A stretch of 56,778 bases of DNA. Origin: a virus. Its lineage: Duplodnaviria; Caudoviricetes. Positions 11,101 to 19,341 of the stretch are shown here, piece by piece. The translations under genes were made by a program, and so were the position numbers. Each line of letters starts with the position of its first letter. Position 1 is the first letter of the stretch. The notes beneath the pieces are model-generated. The model worked only from the letters and a program-made list of their open reading frames with translations. It was not told the origin of the DNA and searched no databases. Location of the stretch: the IMG/VR virus record IMGVR_UViG_3300020027_000010, positions 1 through 56,778 of that record; one strand, 5' to 3'.

Positions 11101-12765
11101 ACTGACGCCATTAACCAGAAGTTAAAGCTGATCAAGGGAAAGAATGCCGAGGAAAGAAAGATAATAGCAGAACTCAATCTCCAGAAGATCACCGATCAGC
11201 AGGAAACAAACAGGAAATTGTTCGAGCTGGAAAGTCAGCGTATCGAAAACGGTTTGAAGAATGCCGTGGCCCCACAGCGTAACCTGGTCACCTCAATAGA
11301 TAATGATCCCTCACTTTCAGAGACTGAAAAATTCAAAGCAAAGCAGGCTGTGTACGATAACCTGCTACTGATGCAGATCGATTTTAACAGGCGCCAGGCT
11401 GGACTGGAAAAGCAATACGGCATCAAGTCTGTAGAAAATGAGCAAAAGCGTCAGGATGCATTGGAGGAAATCGTGAAGCAAGGAACCCAGAACGATCTTA
11501 CTGGTCCGGCTGCCCGCCTAAAGGACATCGAGACCGAAGGTGAAATTGCCGTCGCTAAGATCAAACAGGACGTTGCAGCAAAAGTAACTGCCATTCTCTC
11601 CTCGTCGGAATCGTCGGCTAAAAAGGCCCGGGCCCTGGAAGTACTCCAGCGCGAGGAAACCAAGCGGCTGATGGCCGCTGAGCTCAACACCCTGCGTGAA
11701 AATGTAAGTGAGTCCAAAAAACTGCTGGATCAGAAGCTAATCAGCGAGAAAGATTACCAGATCAAGCTTGCGGACCTGAAGACCAAAGAGGCAGCATACA
11801 ATGAGCTGACCGCAAATTCTCAGGTATCATCTACAAGGAAATTCATCAATGCACTGCGAGACCTCAAAGATCAGCTGATCGAGAACGCGCTCGGGATCAA
11901 ACAATACACCCATGACACAGCCGGCCAGCAGCAGAAGACCGCTGATGCCATCCGGGAGACGTCGGAGAATATCGCCGACGCGATCCAGCAGGCCTACCAG
12001 GGATTCTTTGATCTGGAAAATCAGCGCATCGATCGGGAGAAGCAAAATCACCTTGACGCCCTGGACCGGACGAAAGAGCGCGTCCTGGCATTAGCCACCA
12101 GTGAAGCGGAAAAAGACACGATTGAACGCAAGTACGATAAGAAGCGCCGGGAGATCGAGAAGAAAGCTGCGGAGGATCGGAAGAAGAATGCCCTCAAACA
12201 GATCACCATCGATTTCATCGTGGCAGCCATCAAGACCTATGCAACCTATGGATGGCCATTGGGCCTCATAGCAGTCGCCGGCCTTGCCGCGGTATATGCG
12301 GTGCAGCGATCGATCATTAACAAACAACAGTTTGCCAAAGGAGGTATCGTTCGGCCGAATGGAAAAGTGAATAATCCGCCGAATAGATCGACACTGCCCA
12401 ATGGCGACAATATCGATGCGACGCTAAGACGTGGTGAAGTCGTGCTCAATGAAGAACAGCAAAGAAAAATCGGCGGACCAGCGGTATTTAAAAAGATTGG
12501 TGTACCAGGTTTTGCAGAAGGAGGAGCGGTGACAGCGCCACAGTTGGGTACGAGTCTGCGGGCTCCGGTCTTCGCGCCATCATCTCAATCATTTAACGGA
12601 TCGGCGTCGCAATCTCAGCAGGATATGACCGAACTGAAAGCACTGGTGGCCCAGGTAGCGGGCGTCGTTCTCGCCTCAGATCAGAAGGAAGTTATTCTCA
12701 ATCCCAATAAAGTAACCAAAGCTCAGGCCCGTACCAGAAAAGATGTGGGGCTCGCTTCAATATGA
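8173..12765 (+). CDS. Tail tape measure protein (1530 aa)
   Basis: Long coiled coil, [27 protein letters not shown] tape-measure motif, hydrophobic segments, FAKGG...GEVVLN C-terminus. ATG 8173 (TAATG overlap) preferred over 8023. Confidence 0.92.
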   Translation: [1530 protein letters not shown]

Positions 12766-13055
12766 CAATTTCCAAAGAAGATATCATGAAGATGGCAGCC
12801 GAAGAGCTGCAAGAATTATTCAAAATCATTGGTGATCTTGGCTACGAAGGATATAAAATTTCTATGTGCAAGCTCAAGGGAAACAGCTACGGAAAGTGTG
12901 CACAAAAACTCGGTCTTGATCGTTCCGCTGCTCAGCGGCATTTCAGAAAGTGCATCGATAAGCGATACGACATCGCTTTGAAAAGGATCTTTTCCATTCC
13001 AGAACTTCCACATTTGTCCCACAATGCCAAAAGTGAGGGGACATATAGGGATTAA
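12762..13055 (+). CDS. Small HTH-like DNA-binding protein
   Basis: GNSYGKCAQKLGLDRSAAQRHFRK resembles an HTH or sigma region-4-like element. Confidence 0.5.
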   Translation: MTISKEDIMKMAAEELQELFKIIGDLGYEGYKISMCKLKGNSYGKCAQKLGLDRSAAQRHFRKCIDKRYDIALKRIFSIPELPHLSHNAKSEGTYRD

Positions 13056-14118
13056 GAACGAGTCAGACACTTCGACACTCGAACTTCACTTCACCGATTA
13101 CATCTACGACGGCTTTGATTGGGAAACCTGGGAAACCACCAACATGGTCCAGGATACGATCAACAAAATCAAAGCAGCCAATCCCACCAAAATCAAGATG
13201 GTCATTAACAGTCTCGGCGGGGACGTCATGATTGGACTGGCATTGTACAATTATATCAAAGCTCACAAGGCGGAAAAGGAAGTGGAGATCATAGGCTTCG
13301 CGGCTTCGATCGCTTCCATCATGGCCATGTGTGCAAGTCCTGGTAAGCTTTTCATGGCAAAGAGCGGTTTCATGATTATTCACGCAGCCTGGTCTTATGC
13401 AATGGGTAATGCATCAGAGATTCGGGAACAAGCTGAAAACCTCGACAAGATCACCAATGAACTGGCTGGCATTTACGCACAACGTTCAGGTAAATCGGCA
13501 AAACACTTCACCAACCTGTGGGCTGACGGTGATCATTGGATGACCGGTACGGACGCCAAGAAAGAAGGACTGGTTGATGAATTGATCAACGCTGAACCGG
13601 TAACCGCAGGTCTGGATTTCAAAGCACACAATTTCAAACATATTCCTTCAGGCATTGCAGCGTCAATAGAAAAGCCTGAAGAATCACAAAACGCTTTTTC
13701 AAATTTCAAAGCTGAAGTCATGAATTTTCTAAAGACACTTAAGGACTCTGTCACCGGAGCAAAAACTGATAAAAAATTTGAAAACGTCGTTGGGCGTGAA
13801 GAGATCCTCAACATGGTTGAGGAAGTGCTGAAGCCGTTCGCTGAAGTGCTTGACCAGAAATCAAAAGAACCGGTTGAGGAAAAGAAACCTGCAGAAGAAA
13901 AACCGGTTGCTGAGCAAAAACCAGCTGAAACCAAGCCGGAGGAAAAGAAAGCCGAAGTGGTGGAAAAAACTGCGGCTGAAATCGAGCTGGAGAATATCAA
14001 GGCTGAGAACAAGAAGCTGAAGGATCAGATCGCAGCCGGCCTGACAAAGCCTGCCAGCGAAAAGCCTGATGCCAATGCCGCTGCGCTGTCGAAGGCGAAA
14101 GTGAGCTACGAAGACTAA
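13024..14118 (+). CDS. ClpP-like prohead protease with C-terminal scaffold-like extension
   Basis: INSLGGDV, GFAASIAS (catalytic Ser), IIHAAW (His), GLVDE; charged low-complexity tail. Confidence 0.9.
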   Translation: MPKVRGHIGIKNESDTSTLELHFTDYIYDGFDWETWETTNMVQDTINKIKAANPTKIKMVINSLGGDVMIGLALYNYIKAHKAEKEVEIIGFAASIASIMAMCASPGKLFMAKSGFMIIHAAWSYAMGNASEIREQAENLDKITNELAGIYAQRSGKSAKHFTNLWADGDHWMTGTDAKKEGLVDELINAEPVTAGLDFKAHNFKHIPSGIAASIEKPEESQNAFSNFKAEVMNFLKTLKDSVTGAKTDKKFENVVGREEILNMVEEVLKPFAEVLDQKSKEPVEEKKPAEEKPVAEQKPAETKPEEKKAEVVEKTAAEIELENIKAENKKLKDQIAAGLTKPASEKPDANAAALSKAKVSYED

Positions 14119-14147
14119 ACACATTTTCAACTTTTTAATAAAGTATC

Positions 14148-14573
14148 ATGAAACCGTTCTCAAACGAAAATATCATTGACAAGCTCTGCGGAGGTTGTGA
14201 GTGCACTGGATTTGCACCTTCCATAACGTTTGTCTACAACGCTGGCGCCAAGACAATAGCATTCACGGACGCTTCGGTGTATGGTGATGGAGCAGATCGC
14301 AAGATCGTTCATCTCTCCATTTACGATAAGGACGGCAAAAAGGTCCTGGGCAGCATAGCAGCCGCCGACGGCGATGATGCAGTCACACTGTCGACCGCCA
14401 CCCTGGATCCTTCTGAAGGATACACGCTCCTGGCCACTGTCATATCAGATACGGGCTGCCTGAGCGATGGCCATGCGAAGCTGGTTGGCATATCTATCAC
14501 GTCTGGAGCGCTCGGATCATGGGACAAGGATAATGATTCAATAACTGTAGGCGCAACAGGATCCGGATCTTAA
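14148..14573 (+). CDS. Putative head decoration/structural protein
   Basis: Lies between protease and capsid; beta-rich; LCGGCEC motif. Confidence 0.5.
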   Translation: MKPFSNENIIDKLCGGCECTGFAPSITFVYNAGAKTIAFTDASVYGDGADRKIVHLSIYDKDGKKVLGSIAAADGDDAVTLSTATLDPSEGYTLLATVISDTGCLSDGHAKLVGISITSGALGSWDKDNDSITVGATGSGS

Positions 14574-14605
14574 ACCCTATTCAATAAACTTTTTAATTAA
14601 TAGCC

Positions 14606-15622
14606 ATGCCTGCTTTCAAAAAGATTTCGATAAACGGTCCCCAGTTCTTCCTGGAGATACTGAAGCCGTCGTTCGGCGACCTGATTACCGACGCCGATGT
14701 GACCAATGGTTTCTTTGGTGAGTTCACGATCTACGATGACGTGGCTGACAGCCGGAAGATCATCGACATCACCCGCTTCCGTAATATCATCAAGCGCCGG
14801 GACGCTTCGTGTAACATCGTATTTGACCCGCTGGGTAGAGCAGACGTGCGCCGGATCTCGGTCACTGAACTGTATGCAGCCACAAAATATTGTGCTCAGG
14901 AGTTCTACCAGGGCTGTTTGAAAGACTGGCGCAATGGCGATCCATCATTCATTCCGAAAATCCTTGCTTTCTTCCGCAGTGCGATCCGGGAAGATTATGC
15001 GTCACTGCTTTATTTCGGCGACACATCGCGCGCAGACGCTAATGATGCCGAATGGAATACCAACAAGTATGATGGCATTCTCACCCAGTACAGAAAGTAC
15101 ATCACCGATGGTACCATTCCTGGTGCACAGACCTTCAACATTCCCGATGCGCTGATTTCCCCTGCCAACGCGGTAGCCTATTTCCAGAGCATGATTGACA
15201 AACAGGACCAGTACCTGGAAATGGTGGCAGACAACCAAAAAGCGTTCTACATCGACAAGCAGTGGGCAGATGCTTACGAAGACTACCTCATTGCCACTGG
15301 CGCCACAAACGGTGAAGCAGTGAACTACGTGCAGGATGGCATCAAGGTTCGCGCCTACAAAGGGATTCCCATTTTCGTCAACAAGATCTTCAAACCGGTT
15401 CTTACACAGATATACGGAGTAAACTCTCACCTGGGTATTCTCACGCTGCGTGGAAACTTCATTTACGCAACCGACAAGGATTACGGCGAAGGTCCAAACC
15501 TCGATGTGGCACTGAAGATCTGGTACGATTGGGATGAGCTGAGCTGGAAGTACTTGAATGTGTTCAAGTCAGGTACACAGATCGCCCTTCCTGAGCATTC
15601 AGTGTTGGCACTGCCGGCTTAA
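14606..15622 (+). CDS. Major capsid protein
   Basis: 338 aa downstream of the protease; YFGD...YDGI and YKGIPI motifs typical of HK97-fold capsids. Confidence 0.78.
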   Translation: MPAFKKISINGPQFFLEILKPSFGDLITDADVTNGFFGEFTIYDDVADSRKIIDITRFRNIIKRRDASCNIVFDPLGRADVRRISVTELYAATKYCAQEFYQGCLKDWRNGDPSFIPKILAFFRSAIREDYASLLYFGDTSRADANDAEWNTNKYDGILTQYRKYITDGTIPGAQTFNIPDALISPANAVAYFQSMIDKQDQYLEMVADNQKAFYIDKQWADAYEDYLIATGATNGEAVNYVQDGIKVRAYKGIPIFVNKIFKPVLTQIYGVNSHLGILTLRGNFIYATDKDYGEGPNLDVALKIWYDWDELSWKYLNVFKSGTQIALPEHSVLALPA

Positions 15623-15659
15623 TCAACCCGATTTCACCACTACAATAAACTTCTTTACA

Positions 15660-16256
15660 ATGCTCTCGATATCATTAAAAGCTTTTGACAGGGAATGCGC
15701 TCCAACTTCAGGAGGCATTTCCCGCGCCTGGATCTTCGACCGGGACGACTTCAATTTCACGCAGGCAGCCGCTGACGCTGATGGCAACAAAGCGCCATAT
15801 TCCGCAATCGCGTTGAGAGCAGGTGCGGATCCTGGTGACGGGGCATTGCTTTATCCTGTGATCTTCGAAGAGAAGACGGCAGAGTATCGATACACCCAGT
15901 CACTGACCGGCTCTTCGATAAAATACGAGCACATCCTGGAATTCTTGCTGCCTGATATCGGCCACTTCATCACGCAGTGGAACGAAAAGGTAGATGCAGC
16001 TGCTGCCTGTCATGGTATCGGCATCATCATCGAGCTGAACAGTGAAAAGATCATCGTCCTGGGTGAGAAGTATGTCAACTCAGCTCGCATCACCGACTGG
16101 AAAATGAAGCAGAATGGTTCCACTGGTACCACCGGCAAGCTGTTAGAAGACGCCAATGGCCAGACCACGCTGCTCACCGGTGATTACCGCAGAGGCGCCT
16201 ACGAATACTCTGGCAGTGCAGCTTCTCTGGAAGCTTTCGAAACAGTTGGCTCGTAA
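15660..16256 (+). CDS. Major tail tube protein (putative)
   Basis: C.PTSGGI...TGTTGKLLEDANGQT pattern of Bacteroidota phage tail tubes; ATG 15660 follows an A/T-rich leader. Confidence 0.65.
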   Translation: MLSISLKAFDRECAPTSGGISRAWIFDRDDFNFTQAAADADGNKAPYSAIALRAGADPGDGALLYPVIFEEKTAEYRYTQSLTGSSIKYEHILEFLLPDIGHFITQWNEKVDAAAACHGIGIIIELNSEKIIVLGEKYVNSARITDWKMKQNGSTGTTGKLLEDANGQTTLLTGDYRRGAYEYSGSAASLEAFETVGS

Positions 16257-16267
16257 TCTTCCTTCCG

Positions 16268-16483
16268 ATGATTCGCATAAAGCCGAAATATAGCAATACC
16301 GTTATCGCTTTCAAGGGTAGCGGTATTGCTCTTGGAAAGCGGACCCAGGAAGACCTTCTCGATCTTGGATTACTCGCTCACGGTTCCCAGGATCCCAGTA
16401 TCCTCGCACTCTTTGAAAATCTCCCTACCGAGGCCCTTCTAAAAAAACAGAAGATGACTCAGGTAGAAAAGGCGATCAAGTAA
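16268..16483 (+). CDS. Hypothetical protein
   Basis: 71 aa ORF within the operon. Confidence 0.6.
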   Translation: MIRIKPKYSNTVIAFKGSGIALGKRTQEDLLDLGLLAHGSQDPSILALFENLPTEALLKKQKMTQVEKAIK

Positions 16484-16513
16484 ATCGCTCACAAATGAAA
16501 CAAGGATACATAA

Positions 16514-17899
16514 ATGGCTACGCGAACCAACAAACCTCCTCAATCAAAAGCACCTGCTTCTAAAAGCAGCATCAAGGTTCACGATACGCTCAAACTCGAT
16601 AAGAAAAACCCGATACCAGTAACCTTTGGAGGATCCGCTTTCACCTCCATTGGATCTTATGAATACCTGCCTTTTTTTGCTCCCACCGACAATTTATTCC
16701 GTACCCTACTGGAAGCACGCTTGCTTTCACCGACTCACAACAACTGCATCCTCGACAAGAAATACTATTCTGTTGGTGCAGGCCTGCAGGTAAAAGATCA
16801 GGAGTTTCCAGCGGCCTTTGACAAACGGCTAAACAAGAAGAGACAGACGATCGATGATATCCTTCAGGCAGTTTTTGAATCCCACTATGCTGATGGGAAC
16901 AAATTCGTAGAGATCGTCCGCACCGAGGTAATGGGTGAAAGATATGTGCATGTCTACCCGCACAATAACATGGACTGCCGCTTTGAGTTGCGTAAGGACG
17001 GCGCCGATCCAACCCACGTACTGCGCAGTAAAGAATTCAGGAGAGACAATATCTACTCCTGGAAAAAAGATGAGAAACCCATTCGCATTCCACTGTGGGA
17101 GGAAGATAATCCAGATACCTGGCTGAAGGATGGCGCCGTGGAGCGCACTGTCATCCACATCAAAAACGAAATTCAGGGCGTCGATGACTACGGCCTCCCT
17201 TCATCTTTTCCAGGCTTGACAAATACCGTCCTGGAGTGGAAATCCACCTCATTTAACCTGGACAATTTCGACAACAATATGTTTTTGGCGGCACTGCTGC
17301 TGATTGAAGGTGGAATGAGCCCTGATGAGGAAAAAAAGTTCCTGCGCAACCTGCAGAAAATGTATACCGGCGAAGGAAGGGCACAACGTATCCTTCCCGT
17401 GAATGTTGAAAACGGTACCGCAAATTCCAAGCTGATCCCTTTTACTGAACGAAATGAAGGGCACTTCATGGAGTTCGACAGTCACAATACTGATAAAATT
17501 ATCTCTTCTCATGGATGGAGTCGGGTGCTGATGGATCTAAAGGAAGGCGCCAGCCTGGGTAAGGGTGGCGAATTCATTAAGCAGCTGTTCCTCATCAAGT
17601 TTCAAACGCAAATACTTCCACCACAGCAGCTGGTCCTCAACAATTTCATATTTCCATTGATGATGATCATCGATGAGTGGAAGGGAACCAAGTTTTACGA
17701 TTTGCCCTGGTACATAAAACCAGTGATCCCTGTTTCCATGGAAGGCCTGCTCGATATTAATTCTCTGTTGACAGTGGATGAAGGACGGGAAGAGATCGGT
17801 CGCGCACCAATTGGCGGAGAAATAGGAAAGAAACAGATCAGCGAGGTGGCCGCCAAACAAAAAGACGAGGATCCAAAAAAGAAGGAGGGTAAGAAATGA
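16514..17899 (+). CDS. Portal protein
   Basis: SPTHNNCI, GNKFVEI, YGLPS, NFDNNM, IISSHG and LTVDEGREEIG portal-like motifs; 461 aa. Confidence 0.82.
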   Translation: MATRTNKPPQSKAPASKSSIKVHDTLKLDKKNPIPVTFGGSAFTSIGSYEYLPFFAPTDNLFRTLLEARLLSPTHNNCILDKKYYSVGAGLQVKDQEFPAAFDKRLNKKRQTIDDILQAVFESHYADGNKFVEIVRTEVMGERYVHVYPHNNMDCRFELRKDGADPTHVLRSKEFRRDNIYSWKKDEKPIRIPLWEEDNPDTWLKDGAVERTVIHIKNEIQGVDDYGLPSSFPGLTNTVLEWKSTSFNLDNFDNNMFLAALLLIEGGMSPDEEKKFLRNLQKMYTGEGRAQRILPVNVENGTANSKLIPFTERNEGHFMEFDSHNTDKIISSHGWSRVLMDLKEGASLGKGGEFIKQLFLIKFQTQILPPQQLVLNNFIFPLMMIIDEWKGTKFYDLPWYIKPVIPVSMEGLLDINSLLTVDEGREEIGRAPIGGEIGKKQISEVAAKQKDEDPKKKEGKK

Positions 17900-18564
17900 T
17901 CGGTTTAAATCCATTACGAACGAAAGTGTTGATCACTACAGATGAAGTGATCTTTCATGCCTCCATGGATCACCAGGTGGATCCCAGGATAATTCTGCAG
18001 TCCATCATCATAGCAGAAAGGCGTCTGGTCAAACCGGTCATCGGAGCTACTCTATACGATCAGCTCATCGAAGCCAAGAACAAGGTTGTGACCTCGGCCA
18101 ACAAAGCCGGCCTGGAAACAGACCTCAATGCCGGCCGTGGTTCCAACCGGGACGCCATCGTCTTGCAAGAAGGCGACTTGGTGAATTCCGACTCCTACCT
18201 GTCAGCCGCTCAGCAATTTCTCTGGACTGAGCACCTGCACAAGATCACCGCGGAGTGCGTGTATTATGTCGCCCTTCCAGTTAATCGGGCAAGGTTCACT
18301 GCAAAGGGTGTTGAGAAGAATAATCCAGACAACATCGGCAGTAGTAGTGGATCCACCTCGATCGGGATGGGTGAGCTCAAATACCTGATGGATAAAACCA
18401 TGTTTACCAGAATGAATCCACTGGTCGAGGACATGATTAATTACCTGGTGAGTGTGCGGTTTTCAGGATTCGATTTACAAACCACTCAACCAATCCGAGG
18501 CCGCACTGGCATTTCACTGAATATGTATGACGATGATGACGAAAAAGGATGCTCATGGAACTGA
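17896..18564 (+). CDS. Putative head-tail adaptor
   Basis: Follows the portal; AERRLVKPVIGATLYDQL motif. Confidence 0.55.
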   Translation: MIGLNPLRTKVLITTDEVIFHASMDHQVDPRIILQSIIIAERRLVKPVIGATLYDQLIEAKNKVVTSANKAGLETDLNAGRGSNRDAIVLQEGDLVNSDSYLSAAQQFLWTEHLHKITAECVYYVALPVNRARFTAKGVEKNNPDNIGSSSGSTSIGMGELKYLMDKTMFTRMNPLVEDMINYLVSVRFSGFDLQTTQPIRGRTGISLNMYDDDDEKGCSWN

Positions 18565-18818
18565 GAAACATTGCCGAAGGATGGGCAAAGAGCCTTCGCC
18601 TGGTTAAGATCAGTCAGGCAAACCGGGAGCTCGCGGTGAAAAGAGTGGGGATCTGTGTTGAATGTCCGCATGCAAAGGAACATTGGCTCAAAAAATTCAT
18701 CGATGGGATGCTCAAGCGAGATGAGATCGGATCAGGGATTGGCTGCGAGTTGTGCGGCTGCCCGATAAATGAAAAAGCTTTAGTAACAGAAGAAAAATGC
18801 CCTGACGGGCGCTGGTGA
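18555..18818 (+). CDS. Cys-rich small protein (putative Zn-binding)
   Basis: CVECP...CELCGCPI...CPDGRW. Confidence 0.7.
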   Translation: MELRNIAEGWAKSLRLVKISQANRELAVKRVGICVECPHAKEHWLKKFIDGMLKRDEIGSGIGCELCGCPINEKALVTEEKCPDGRW

Positions 18819-18819
18819 T

Positions 18820-19128
18820 ATGCCTCCATTCATGATAGGTCAGTGTTGCACGGATCAGATCCTGGCTCCAGAAGTGGATCCCCAGGAAGACATCTCGGGC
18901 AAAAACGAGATTGTCACGTTTGACAATGTGGCCCTGCTCGTGCTTGCCTGGACAGCAGATCGCAAAGCAAGGTTCGGAAACGCCGGTGCATTCTTCGTGG
19001 AGATCCAGGGACCTGATGGCAAGTATCGGGATTCCAAAGTGGAGATCTCGCCTAACGACATCCTGGACACAACACAATACACATTTGATTTTGGCGGTCT
19101 GGCCACTGGCCGGGTCACCATCACATAA
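18820..19128 (+). CDS. Hypothetical structural protein
   Basis: 102 aa, beta-rich, ends FDFGGLATGRVTIT. Confidence 0.55.
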   Translation: MPPFMIGQCCTDQILAPEVDPQEDISGKNEIVTFDNVALLVLAWTADRKARFGNAGAFFVEIQGPDGKYRDSKVEISPNDILDTTQYTFDFGGLATGRVTIT

Positions 19129-19137
19129 AAATATTTT

Positions 19138-19338
19138 ATGCCAGATCCAACCGTTGGTGAACTCAGGTACGATAAAGTGATTATCAGAAAGCAAGGGGGA
19201 AATGCCGAGCTGCAGATATTGAACAGCACCCGTGATGTCGCCGGATTTCTGTACAACCTCGGCGATGGCCTGACAGAATTCAGGGAAGCAGACGGAATGG
19301 GAGGCGACGACCAGGTATTCATTGATCCATATTTTTAA
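19138..19338 (+). CDS. Hypothetical protein
   Basis: 66 aa ORF immediately before the tailspike genes. Confidence 0.55.
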   Translation: MPDPTVGELRYDKVIIRKQGGNAELQILNSTRDVAGFLYNLGDGLTEFREADGMGGDDQVFIDPYF

Positions 19339-19341
19339 ACT

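Noticed and set aside
5840-14130. Long antisense ORFs (e.g. 5840-6646, 13533-14012)
   Set aside because: Shadows of well-supported plus-strand genes, with no motifs of their own.
15558-15659. Capsid-to-tail-tube frameshift fusion
   Set aside because: The frame is open but there is no slippery site, and ATG 15660 has a normal A/T-rich leader.
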